From contig CAVVPN010000012.1 of the NCBI GenBank assembly GCA_963750165.1, positions 192,001 through 256,000 on the forward strand: a stretch of DNA of 64,000 nucleotides, written 5' to 3'. This document shows positions 30,671-40,900 of this stretch, one piece after another; position 1 is the first letter of the stretch, and every line of letters starts with the position of its first letter. The position numbers and the translations under genes are program-made. The notes beneath the pieces were generated by a model that made no database searches, was not told the origin of the DNA, and was given only the letters and a program-made list of their open reading frames with translations. The stretch is from an uncultured Gemmataceae bacterium. GTDB lineage: Bacteria > Planctomycetota > Planctomycetia > Gemmatales > Gemmataceae.

Positions 30671-30713
30671 GAACTTGTCCCTGCTACGGAATCGAGTCCG
30701 GTTCTTGTCATCG

Positions 30714-30785
30714 CCGGCGAGCGGCGCGGCGTCAGCCCGCCGGTAACTCGAGTTACCGGCGGGCTGACGCCGCGCCGCTCGCCGG
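30714..30785. repeat. near-perfect 72-bp palindrome (GGCGAGCGG..GTCAGCC family)
   Basis: CCGGCGAGCGGCGCGGCGTCAGCCCGCCGGTAAC / GTTACCGGCGGGCTGACGCCGCGCCGCTCGCCGG. Confidence 0.9.
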
Positions 30786-30798
30786 ACCATCAGTCATC

Positions 30799-33537
30799 TT
30801 ACTCCACGGTCAGCGCGGTCAGGTACGAATCGAACTCGCGCTGTTGCTGGAGCAGCGCCGCCTCCAGCTGACGGACCTGCTTCTGATGGGCGTCGATCTC
30901 CGCCTCGCGCGCCACGAACTTCTGCAGGAAGCTCTTGTACTCGTCCGACGTGGGTGGAATGATCTTGAGGTTCTCGCGCAGCCGGGCCTGGTCCTCCGTC
31001 AGAATCTTGAGCTGACCCTTCTGCTCGTCCAGCTTCCGCGTCGTCTCGATCCGCTGGCCGTTCAGGTCGAGATACTTCTTCAACGCCTCCTTGACGCTGG
31101 CGTTGACCGCTGGACTGGTCAGGTAGTCGCGCCGCAGTTCCTCAAGGGTCGCCTGCTTGAGCGACTCCTTGCGGTCCTGGTGGACGCGCTCCTCGGTCAC
31201 TTCCTTCAGGCCGGTCTTGTGCGCCGGCACCTTCAGCTCAAAGCGGTAGACGGCGGGCCCGGTCTGCTCGCCGTCGGGGCCGAGGCGCTTGTAGCCCTTG
31301 CGGACAATATGATCGACCGTGAACGTGCGGTCCTCGTCGCTGGTATTCTGGATGAAATACGTCTTCGATTCGCGCGTGCGCTGCGTCGGCACCAGCACGC
31401 CCTTGACGATCTTCAGGCTCAACAGTTCATCCGCTTCGACCTTGACGAGCGGCTTGACCTCGACACCGGCCGCGACCGCGTAGAACGGCGGCACGTCCTT
31501 ATTCGTCGTCAGCGACACCACGTCGATCCGCTTCTGATCCTCAACCACATCGAAGGCGCCGGTTTTGCCCGCGGGCACCGTCACCTGGAAGCGGTAGACG
31601 TCGCGGCTGCGTTCCTTCGGCTTCGCTGGCGAGACCAGCTGCCAGTCGCTGCGGATGGGGTGTTCGAGGATGACCTGGCGGTCACGCGGCGAACGGTTCT
31701 TGATGGTGTAGGTGCGGGTCTGCCGCAGTTTGTAATTGGCCGTCAGGTTGTCGCCGCCGATCTTGAAGTGCATGTCGGGGCTCGGCGTCACCTTGTTCGT
31801 GACCTTGACCTCGGTGCCCTGGTCGAGCGCGTAGCTCAACAAGCGCTCCTCGTTGGGTTGCAGGTCGAGGATGCGCGTGTCGCCGGCATAAGCGCCATCC
31901 TCGTAAACGGTGATCGGCCCCTGCGTCAGCGGCTGGCCGCTGGTGTTCTTCAGGCGCAGGCCCAGCAGCGGGTATTTCGCGTGAACGCTCTCGTTGTAGA
32001 TGCTGACCTTGCTGCCCGCGATGGTGCGGTTGAGGATGGGGAGCATCGCCGACTTCTGCCGCGGCAGTGACACCTTCTGGTCGATGACATATTGGTGGTA
32101 GTCGCCCAGCTCCTCCGCGGTCGCCACCGAGGTGATGCCCTCCTTGAAGTTCATACCGGTCAGCGAGGCGCCGACCTTCCTGGCCTGATCCTTCTTCTTC
32201 TCTTGCTCGGCGCGGCGCTGCTGCAACTCCTCGAAGGACAATCGCGACTGGCCGGGCCGGCCGTAGAAGCTTCCGGCCAGCGGCATGTTACCGAGACCAC
32301 CCATGCCGCCCATGCCACCCATGCCCATGCCACCCATGCCATACGGGCTTCCGTAATAAGACCCGAACGGGCTCGGTGGGCGACGGTCGGCGGCAGGCCC
32401 ACCCAGCGCAGACGGCGTTGGCGGCATCCCTCCAGGCGGCAAACCGCCGATGCCGCCGATGCCGGGCAGACCAAATACCCCGCCGATTGAACCGTCCACA
32501 TCCTTCAATTTTGCCACCTTCCCTTCGCTATCCATCGCCCCGGAGTAAACCGGCGGCCGCAGCGACGCGAACAGCTCCGGCTCGACCACCGGCCGCGGCA
32601 CGTACAGCGGCGTGTACAGGTCCATCTCAAACGAGATGGGCTGGCCCGAGACGAGGATAACGCGCACGCCCTTCCAGTCGTCGTCGCTGGTGTTCTCGAC
32701 CAGCGCCCAGCCCTGCACGAACAGCTTGCCGTCGTCCTGCAGTAGCAGCCGGTAGCTCGTCTTCCAGATCGGCCGCTCCACGACATAGCCGACCTTCACG
32801 CGCCGCTTGCCGTTGCCCACGAAATGCAGACTCAGCGTCTTCTTCTGCGTGTCGTGCGCCGACGCCACCACCTGCAGCGCCCGCTCGAACTCCGTCTGCA
32901 GCGCCGGGTTCAAAAAGCGCACCGATTCCACCCGCTCCAGCGCCAGGCTCTGCAAGCCCGCGCGGCCCAGCAGGTTCAGCGAATCGACCTCAACGACGCG
33001 GTCCTTGTCGATCTGCTGGAGCTGGGCCTGCACACCGACGATGGTGCCGCTGAGCTTCTCGGTCGGCGCTTCCTTGCGTGGGCGGTAGACGATTTCCACC
33101 TTTTCACCGCGGGCCTGGTTGAGAATCTGGGCGAAGGTGGGGTTGCCGTTCAGGTTGACGGCGAAACTGCGCAGCGTCTTGTCCACGGGGTCGTGGCTGT
33201 CGTAGGTGATGACGCCGACCTTGCCCTTGTCCTGATCCTGCAATACCAGGCTCTTGAGCAGGTCGTTCACCTCGCCGGCGGGGAACGACAGCTCGACGTG
33301 GCTGTTGCCCTGCACGTCCCCCTCGAGTTGGTAGTAGCCGACACCGCTGTTGAACAGCACCACCTGCGTGATCGGCAGCGCCGCGGCCAGCGGTCTGTCG
33401 GCCTTCGGGTCGGCCTGGTTGTTCTTCTCGAACTGGTTGGCGTCAGACGAGGCGTTGTGCCAGACGACCGCGGCGGCCAGGGCGGCGGTGACGGCCAGGA
33501 CCGCGAACGTGAGTCGGCGGCGCGTGTGCGTACGCAT
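30799..33537 (-). CDS. DUF4139-domain exported protein
   Basis: LPITQVVLFNSGVGY, NDLLKSL, PIWKTSYRL, QGWALVENT..DDW, QKSAMLPI, C-terminal coiled coil. Confidence 0.85.
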   Translation of the reverse strand: MRTHTRRRLTFAVLAVTAALAAAVVWHNASSDANQFEKNNQADPKADRPLAAALPITQVVLFNSGVGYYQLEGDVQGNSHVELSFPAGEVNDLLKSLVLQDQDKGKVGVITYDSHDPVDKTLRSFAVNLNGNPTFAQILNQARGEKVEIVYRPRKEAPTEKLSGTIVGVQAQLQQIDKDRVVEVDSLNLLGRAGLQSLALERVESVRFLNPALQTEFERALQVVASAHDTQKKTLSLHFVGNGKRRVKVGYVVERPIWKTSYRLLLQDDGKLFVQGWALVENTSDDDWKGVRVILVSGQPISFEMDLYTPLYVPRPVVEPELFASLRPPVYSGAMDSEGKVAKLKDVDGSIGGVFGLPGIGGIGGLPPGGMPPTPSALGGPAADRRPPSPFGSYYGSPYGMGGMGMGGMGGMGGLGNMPLAGSFYGRPGQSRLSFEELQQRRAEQEKKKDQARKVGASLTGMNFKEGITSVATAEELGDYHQYVIDQKVSLPRQKSAMLPILNRTIAGSKVSIYNESVHAKYPLLGLRLKNTSGQPLTQGPITVYEDGAYAGDTRILDLQPNEERLLSYALDQGTEVKVTNKVTPSPDMHFKIGGDNLTANYKLRQTRTYTIKNRSPRDRQVILEHPIRSDWQLVSPAKPKERSRDVYRFQVTVPAGKTGAFDVVEDQKRIDVVSLTTNKDVPPFYAVAAGVEVKPLVKVEADELLSLKIVKGVLVPTQRTRESKTYFIQNTSDEDRTFTVDHIVRKGYKRLGPDGEQTGPAVYRFELKVPAHKTGLKEVTEERVHQDRKESLKQATLEELRRDYLTSPAVNASVKEALKKYLDLNGQRIETTRKLDEQKGQLKILTEDQARLRENLKIIPPTSDEYKSFLQKFVAREAEIDAHQKQVRQLEAALLQQQREFDSYLTALTVE

Positions 33538-33754
33538 ACGGGCTCCTTGCTGGAGGGAGTTGTGAAACACTTCGGCCCCAGTGGCGGCGAGCGGCACCAG
33601 GCTCTTCCGGACGTGCCCGCCTCGGGTTGGGAGTGGGGTTGTCGTCGGTTGATCGTACTCGAAGCCGGCCGCCGTGGGCAATGGCGCGCCGGCGACAAAA
33701 TGGTTCGCCCCGTCTTTCTGCCGCCAGCGGCAGAAAAGCAGGCCGCGCGGGCAG

Positions 33755-33820
33755 TTTCGTTTCACGGGGGTGAAACGAAATAACCTCCTGGCAGCACAGG
33801 GGGTTGCCGTTTCATTTCAC
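33755..33820. promoter_or_regulatory. candidate operator: 11-bp inverted repeat plus a third half-site
   Basis: TTTCGTTTCAC-GGGG-GTGAAACGAAA (33755-33780) and TTTCATTTCAC (33810-33820). Confidence 0.45.
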
Positions 33821-34190
33821 GTTTCTCTCACACCCCGATTGGCCAAACGGCGCCCACCCACGTCGGGCTGTGCCGGCCGGCGCCCGCCGTTGCCGGCCTG
33901 ATGTGCCCGCCCGGGCACGACCGTGCCAGACGGTGTTGTCGGCGGGCGCGCTCGGCGAGGTGCTTGTGAGCTTTGCGTGGCGATGGCGATGCCGGCCTGG
34001 GCTGCGATGGAAGTCTTCCAGAGACAGGCCACCTGGGAAAGCGCTTTCCCGTCGCAGTGGAAGGTGTTAAGGTAGCGGGACGGATAGTTGCCGGCAGCGA
34101 CGCCGCGCCGCCCCGTTGGAGTCATTTCCCAGCTGCCGTGTCGCTTGAAAAGAGCAACCCGCGCACCCGCGGGCCTCGGAGGGAGTGCCG

Positions 34191-34757
34191 ATGAAACCGC
34201 TGTGGCGTCTGCTGCCGTGTACGCTGGTGCTGCTGGCCGCCGGGACCGCGCCGCCGGCCGCTGGTCAGAAGCCGGACGAAGGGACCGTCGTGGAACTGGA
34301 CGGCCTGAAGTCGAAGACGCCAGCGGACTGGCAGAAGCAAAAGCCGGCCAACCGCCTGCGTTCGCACCAGTTCAAGGTGCCGCGGACCAAGGGCGACCCC
34401 GCCGACGCCGAGCTGGCCATCTCGCCGGAGCAGCGCGGCACCTCCGAGCAGAAGGTCCAGGGCTGGAAAGACTGGTTCGAGCCGCCGGCTGGCAAGACGC
34501 TCGATGAGGTCAGCAAGGTGGAGTCCTTCATGGTGGGCGCCGCGAAGGTGACGTACCTGGACGTGTCCGGCACATATCTGAACCTGCCGCGGCCGCTGGC
34601 GCCGAAGAGTCAGGCGAAACCGCTGCCGCACTACCGAATGCTGGCGGTCTACCTGGAGACGAAGGGCGACAAGTTCTTCATCCGCCTGATCGGGCCGGAG
34701 AAAACGGTGGCGCAACAAAAGGCCGCCTTCGACGCCTGGCTGAAGGCGCTCAAGTGA
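34191..34757 (+). CDS. hypothetical secreted protein
   Basis: Signal peptide; LDGLKS..PA.W, LDVSGTY, YRML.V....K...FFIRL.GP. Confidence 0.75.
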   Translation: MKPLWRLLPCTLVLLAAGTAPPAAGQKPDEGTVVELDGLKSKTPADWQKQKPANRLRSHQFKVPRTKGDPADAELAISPEQRGTSEQKVQGWKDWFEPPAGKTLDEVSKVESFMVGAAKVTYLDVSGTYLNLPRPLAPKSQAKPLPHYRMLAVYLETKGDKFFIRLIGPEKTVAQQKAAFDAWLKALK

Positions 34758-35274
34758 AGGGTTTAGCGCGGTTCACGCACGGTTTGCGCACAAGTGACGG
34801 CGGGCACGGGCTGACCTCCAGCGGCCTGCGCTGCCACAGCAAGGGGGCCAAGGAGGCCAAGGGGGCCAACTTTTTCACACGTCGAGATTCGGCGCCTGGC
34901 AGCGCCGGCCTGCCGTTCGTGGTCCCCACAACTGCGAACCGCGCGAGAGGGTGGTCGGTGAAAAATCCTTGAGGGGGCCGATATTTAGTCAGGCGTGGTG
35001 CTGGTCGTGGTCAGTTTTTGCGCACACATCCCAGGCGCACGGTGGATTCAGGGAAACGGGTCAAACAAGCACGCAAATCCGGGTGGTGCGCACAATTTGA
35101 CACAGGGGGTGTGCGGTATGGGCTCAAAAGTGACTGGGCCTTGCTGCCGGCCTTGACCAGCCGCGCTACAATTCAGGTGCGTTAGATAAAAAAGGGTAAC
35201 TACCCTACCACTTTTTCCCCCAAATCTGCGCCACGGACTGACAAAATGGACCGAATCTGCATTTTTCGGGAAAG

Positions 35275-35296
35275 CCGGCATGTCAGTTGCTATAAT
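35275..35296 (+). promoter_or_regulatory. sigma54-like site (CCGGCATGTCAGTTGCT) overlapping an extended -10 TGCTATAAT upstream of csrA
   Basis: GG-N10-GC at 35277-35290; TATAAT at 35291-35296. Confidence 0.6.
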
Positions 35297-35394
35297 AGTC
35301 CAGCCATGTAGTCGGGTGCGTTTTAACAATCGCATCCAACTGAACGAGGTATCTCAAACAGACCCTACACGCTTCTCAAACCAAGGAGGGAACG

Positions 35395-35595
35395 ATGCTC
35401 GTCCTCAGCCGCCGGATTGGTGAGACGATCGTGATCAACGGTGACATCCAGGTCAAGGTGCTCTCTGTCCAGGGCAACAAGGTGCGGTTGGGCGTGGTAG
35501 CCCCCGAGAACGTCTCGGTGGACCGCCAGGAAGTTCACGAACGGCGCACTGCCTTCACCGACGACAAATCCCAGGAAGCCTTGCTGAGCAACTGA
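35395..35595 (+). CDS. csrA: carbon storage regulator CsrA
   Basis: MLVLSRRIGETIVI...VRLGV.AP..V.V.RQEV; AAGGAGG RBS. Confidence 0.95.
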   Translation: MLVLSRRIGETIVINGDIQVKVLSVQGNKVRLGVVAPENVSVDRQEVHERRTAFTDDKSQEALLSN

Positions 35596-35613
35596 GCGAT
35601 CGGACATCCTGGT

Positions 35614-35651
35614 CTGGTGCGAAATTGGACGGCTGTTCAATTTCGCACCAG
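35614..35651 (+). terminator. 17-bp hairpin after csrA
   Basis: CTGGTGCGAAATTGGAC-GGCT-GTTCAATTTCGCACCAG; no T-tract. Confidence 0.5.
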
Positions 35652-35659
35652 TGGGGGGC

Positions 35660-36025
35660 GACGGTTGTTTTTGCATCGTCGAGGCTTTCCTGGCCGCCGT
35701 GCTCTACCCCAACTTCTTCGCCGAAACCCGGTCGGCGGAGGTGCGCGGTGTAGTCCGGCTGTCGTTCCGACTGCGGTGGCTGCTGCGCTGGAGCACCGTG
35801 GCGGTGATACTCAACCCGCACAAATCAGGCAACGACGTGCTCATGCCCGAGAAACATCCCAACCAATTCGGCCTGCTCACCAACCACTTCAATGACATAA
35901 CCGCGGCGCTGAGCCGCGCCCACTAACTGCGCGAGACCTTCGGCCAGTTCATCAGCCCCGAAGTGCGCGACGAGATCCTGCAGTTCCATCCCGGCCTGGG
36001 CGGCGAGATGCAAGACGTGACGGTG
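35660..36025 (+). pseudogene. remnant of a HAMP-adenylate/guanylate cyclase gene
   Basis: NQFGLLTNHFNDITAALSRAH*LRETFGQFISPEVRDEIL...GLGGEMQDVTV with internal TAA at 35924; the catalytic domain is absent. Confidence 0.7.
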
Positions 36026-36125
36026 CGGTCCCGGGCTTCGCCGAAACGTTTGTAGTCTATCGCGTGCGGCCGGGTTAGAATGTCTTCCGTGGTGCAGGCG
36101 GCCCGCCTGCACCAGGGAGAACGCC

Positions 36126-37448
36126 ATGAACCCGCGCACGTGCCGGCTGGTAACTCTGGGCTGCAAGGTCAACCAGTACGAAACGCAATACGTCAAGGAG
36201 ACGCTGGAGGCCAGCGGTTACCGCGAGGCGGCGCCGGGCGAGCCGGCGGACCTGTGCGTGCTCAACACCTGCACGGTCACCGCCGAGGGCGACGCCAAGA
36301 GCCGGCAGTGGGTGCGGCGGTTGCACCAGGCAAACCCCAGCGCCGCCATCGTCGTCATGGGCTGCTACGCCACGCGCGACCCCGACGCGGTGTCCCAACT
36401 GCCCGGAGTCACGCGCGTGGTGACGGACAAGGCCCGGCTGCGCGAGGAACTGGCGCCGTTCGGCGTCCAGGAGATGGTGAGCGGCATCCGCCGTTTCGAC
36501 GGCCATCAGCGCGCCTTCGTCAAGGTGCAGGACGGCTGCCTGCTCAACTGCACGTTCTGCATCATCCCGCAGGTGCGGCCGGTGCTGCGCAGCCGGCCGG
36601 CCGCGGAGATCGCCGCCGAGGTGGCGCAGCTGGTCGCGGCGGGGCGGCGCGAAATCGTGCTGACGGGCATCCACCTCGGCCATTACGGCATTGACCTGAG
36701 CCGTGGCCGGCCCCGGATGGAGTGGTGCCGGCTGTGGCACCTGGTCGAACGGCTGGCGACGCTGCCCGGCGAGTTCCGACTGCGGTTGAGCAGCCTGGAG
36801 GCCGCGGAGGTGCGTGACGACCTGATCCGCGTGCTGGCCGAGACGCCGCGGGTGGTGCCGCACTTGCACCTGTGTTTGCAAAGCGGCTCCGACCGTATCC
36901 TGGAGCGCATGCGGCGGCGCTACCGCAGCGGCAGTTTCCTGGAGCGCTGTGCGCGACTGCGGCGGGCGCTGGACCGGCCGGCGTTCAGCACGGACGTGAT
37001 CGTCGGCTTTCCGGGTGAGACCGACGCGGACTTCGAGGCGACGTGCCGGGTGGTGCGCGCGGCCGGTTTCTCGAAAATCCATGTGTTTTCCTGGAGCCCG
37101 CGTCGCGGCACTGCCGCCGCGGAGTACGGCGACCGGGTGCCGCCCGCGGTAACGGACGCGCGCCGCGAGCGCTTGCGCGAACTGGAGCGCGAACTGGCGG
37201 CGGTGTATTATCGTAGTCTGGTGGGCCGGCGGCTGGACGTGCTGGTGGAGGGGGCCGACCCGCAACGGCCGGGGCACGCGCTGGGCACCTCGTGCCGCTA
37301 CGCGCCCGTGTCGTTTGCGGGACACGCGCCGGCGCTGCTGGGCCGGCTGGTGCCGGTGCGGGCGGTGGGCGTCGGCGCCGGCGTGGTGCTCGCGGAGCCG
37401 GAGGCCGAGGTGACCGCCGGGCGCCGCGCGCTGCCCATGATCTCGTAG
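36126..37448 (+). CDS. mtaB: tRNA t6A methylthiotransferase MtaB
   Basis: TLGCKVNQYET, NTCTVT, VKVQDGCLLNCTFCIIP, EIVLTGIHLG, HL.LQSGS, DVIVGFPGET. Confidence 0.9.
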   Translation: MNPRTCRLVTLGCKVNQYETQYVKETLEASGYREAAPGEPADLCVLNTCTVTAEGDAKSRQWVRRLHQANPSAAIVVMGCYATRDPDAVSQLPGVTRVVTDKARLREELAPFGVQEMVSGIRRFDGHQRAFVKVQDGCLLNCTFCIIPQVRPVLRSRPAAEIAAEVAQLVAAGRREIVLTGIHLGHYGIDLSRGRPRMEWCRLWHLVERLATLPGEFRLRLSSLEAAEVRDDLIRVLAETPRVVPHLHLCLQSGSDRILERMRRRYRSGSFLERCARLRRALDRPAFSTDVIVGFPGETDADFEATCRVVRAAGFSKIHVFSWSPRRGTAAAEYGDRVPPAVTDARRERLRELERELAAVYYRSLVGRRLDVLVEGADPQRPGHALGTSCRYAPVSFAGHAPALLGRLVPVRAVGVGAGVVLAEPEAEVTAGRRALPMIS

Positions 37449-37509
37449 CGCAACCGTAGCACGGCACTGGAGAGCCGTGCTACGAACAACGCAAGTAGAG
37501 GGTCGTGTC

Positions 37510-37875
37510 ATGGAACGGCCGTACAAGCATCTGATCGTGGAGCGGCAGGGCGAAGTGTGGTGTGCTCGCCTGGTGGCGCCGCGGATCGCGGAAGATCAGC
37601 TGGAGGAGCTGGGCGACGAGTTCGCCCAGCTGGTCAACGACGGCTGTTACAAACTGGTGCTGAGCCTGGGACCGCACGGCCCCGAGTGCCTGTACAGCGT
37701 CTTCCTGGCCAAGCTGGTCACGCTGCATCGGCGGCTCCAGGCCAACAGCGGCGCCCTCAGGTTGGCGGAGGTCGGCCCCGAGGCGCGCGACATTTTTGCT
37801 GCCTGTCACCTGGACCAGTTGTTCCATTTCGCCCCGACGACCGCCGCCGCCGTGGCCGCCCTGCAGGCGGGCTGA
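37510..37875 (+). CDS. STAS-domain (anti-anti-sigma-like) protein
   Basis: KLVLSL, CLYSVFLAKLV.L..RL....G.LRL..V.P....IF....LD.LF. Confidence 0.75.
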   Translation: MERPYKHLIVERQGEVWCARLVAPRIAEDQLEELGDEFAQLVNDGCYKLVLSLGPHGPECLYSVFLAKLVTLHRRLQANSGALRLAEVGPEARDIFAACHLDQLFHFAPTTAAAVAALQAG

Positions 37876-37964
37876 CGCCGCGGCATTGCCCGGCCCACCG
37901 CCGCCTGCTAGCATACCTCCGACGGATCGCTTTCCCTTGCCCGGAGAGTTCACGGAGGAACGCC

Positions 37965-40900
37965 ATGCGCGTGGCCCTGCTGTCCTACAACGCCCGCGTC
38001 GGCGACGCCATCGGCAACCAGGTCGCCGAGAAATTCACCTTCTTCCACGAGCGCGGCGCCGATGTGCGTGCCTTCGTCGAGAACGACCAGGCCCTGCACC
38101 CGCTGCTGCGCGGCCACTACCACGTCTGGCGCGCCCCCGTGCCCGCCGGCGAGCCGTGGGACTTCCTCACTGGCGCGGACCTGATCTGCGTCGAGTTCGG
38201 CCAGCACTACGCCCTGCTGACGCTGTTGCCGCTGCTGGCGGGCGGCCGGCCGCGCGTCCTGGTGGACTATCACGGCGTCACGCCGCCGGCGTTGTGGGGA
38301 CCGTACCCCCACGAAGCGCTGCAGCGCGGCGTGCGGCAGCGCGGCCTGGCGTGGTGCGCCGACGCGGTGCTGGTCCACAGCCGCTACACCCGGCGCGAGC
38401 TGGCCCGCGACCTTGACCTACCCGAGACGCGGCTGCGGCAGCTCGCCTACCCCATTGACACCGAGCTGTTTCAGCCCGGGGCCGTGCAGGTGGACTGGCG
38501 CAAGCAACTCGGGCTGCCCGACGCCCGGCTGCTGCTGTTCGTTGGCCGCGTGGCGGCGAACAAGCGTGTGCCGGTGCTGGTCGAGGCGCTGCACCGCCTG
38601 CGCGATGAGCGGCCCGCCGTGCATGCGCTGGTGGTCGGCGACGCGACCGACGTGTACCACGCCGAGGCGGAGCGCTGCTGGCGGTTGGCGGCGCAGCGGG
38701 GCGTGACGGAGCGGCTGCACTGGCTCGGCCACCAGACGGGCGCGGCCCTGCGCGACGTGTACCGGGCGGCGGACGTGCTGGTGATGCCGTCGTTGTGGGA
38801 GAGCTTTTGCATTCCGGTGGTCGAGGCGATGGCGTGCGGCCTGCCGGTGGTGGCGGCGCGGACGACGGCGCTGCCGGAAACGGTCGGCGCCGCCGGGCTG
38901 ACCTTCGTGCCGGACGACGCCGACGACCTGGCGCGGCAGCTGCGGCGGGTGCTGGATCGTGGGGCAGACATTCCTGTCTGCCAAAGCGCCGGCAGACAGG
39001 AATGCCCGCCCCACGATCAGAAACCCCGCGTCGCCGTCGTCTCGTTCCGTTACGGCACCGACTTCGTCGGCGGCGCCGAGGCGTCGCTGCGCCGCGCCGC
39101 CGAGGCGCTGCACCGCGCCGGCTGCGGCGTCGAGGTGTTCGCGACCTGCACCCGCAGCGCCACCACCTGGGAGAACGAGTTGCCGGAGGGCGACGACCTT
39201 CTGAACGGCGTCCCGGTCCACCGTTTCCGCGTGGCCGCTCACGACCGGGGTCGCCACCATGACACGGTGCGTGCCATCCTGCAAAACGACGGCCGCGTCA
39301 GCCCCGAACTGGAGCGCGATTATCTGCGGCACTCGATCCACTCGGCGGCGCTGCTGGCGGAACTGCGGCGCCGTCGGGATGAGTTCGACGCCATCATCGT
39401 CGGCCCGTACCTGTTCGGCCTGACGCACGACGTGGCCACGGCGTTTCCGGAGAAAACGCTGTTGCTGCCGTGCTTCCACGACGAGCCGTTCATGCGGCTG
39501 TCCGTGTGGCGATCGGCGTATGAAGCCGTCGCCGGTGTGCTCTACCACAGCGCCGAGGAGCAGCACTTCGCCGAGGCCGACCTGGGCTTCAACCATCCCG
39601 GCGCCGCCTGCCTGGGGACGTGCCTTGACGTGGGCCCCAACGCCGCCGCACTCGCCCCGGACGCCGCTGTCGCCGACCTGCCGCGCTACGTCCTCTACTG
39701 CGGCCGCTACTCCGAGCAGAAGGATTTGCCGCTGCTGCTCGACTTCACCCGCCGCTACCACGCCGCAAACCCGGAGCGCTTCACGTTCGTGTTCGTCGGC
39801 CAGGGCGAAATCGCGATCCCGTGCGAGCCGTGGGCGCGCGACCTCGGCTTCGTCACGGAGGAGCGCAAGCGGGCGCTGCTGGCGCACGCGGCGGCGCTGG
39901 TGCAGCTGTCACGGCACGAGTCGCTGTCGCTGGCGGCGCTGGAGGCGTGGGCGCTGGGCACGCCGGTCGTCGGCCGCGGTGCCTGCGCCGTGGTCGCCGG
40001 CCATCTGCGCCGCAGCGGCGCCGGCCGGGCCATCGACAGTTACGACGATTTCGCGGCGGCCCTCGACGACCTGTGGCAACAGCCGGAGCGCTGGCGGGCG
40101 CTGGGCGAGCGCGGCCGGCAGTACGTCCGCCAGGAGTACGCCGCGCTGGAGGCGTACACCGCCCGACTGCTGGCGGCGGTCGCGGACCTGGGTCAGCCAC
40201 TGACGGAGCGCATGCGCCGCCGCGGCCTGGAGCGGGCGGCGACGCTGGGCCGGCCGGAATGGCGGGAACGGTTCGCCCGTCTCGTCGAAGAGCTGCTCGA
40301 CCAGCCACCGCCGTCCTGGGACTTCGCCGCGGAGGTGCGGCCGCGCGGCCGGGTGCGGCGCGTGGGCGCCGGCAGCGCCGCGGCGCTGGTGGCGGTGCGC
40401 GTCCGCAACCGCGGCAGCCAACCGCTGGCCGACGAGGGGCCGGCGCAAACGCTGCTGTGCTGCCGCGTGTATACGCCGGACGGCCGGCTCGTGGAAGCGC
40501 CGGAACTGACGACACCGCTGCCGGCACTGCTGCCGCCAGGCCGGACGCTGGCCGCCGTGGCGGGTGTGCCGGTGCCGCCGACGCCGGGCCATTACCGTGT
40601 TGTCTTCTGGGCGGAGCGTGCTGACCGCCGCGGTGGCGGCGACCCGCGGCTCTCGCTAAAACAGGGGATGCGACTGGTGGTGCGCGGCGGCCGCACCGCG
40701 GCGGCCGACGGCGGCCAGGAACTGACCGACGCCGCCCAGGCGGCACTGGCCGAGGCGCAGCGGCTGCAGCGGCTGCCGGACGATTATGTCGATGTGACCG
40801 AGGGTTTCCTGGCGACCTGGAAGCGGCGCGTCAAGCGCAAGCTGCTCGGCAACTTCAAGCACGCCTACGTGGACGTGCTGTCCCGGCAGCAGACCGCCTT

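Noticed and set aside
34758..35270. Small ORFs and a 9-nt triple repeat (AAGGrGGCC) upstream of csrA
   Set aside because: No RBS or coding signal; the repeat has no inverted partner and is too short to interpret.
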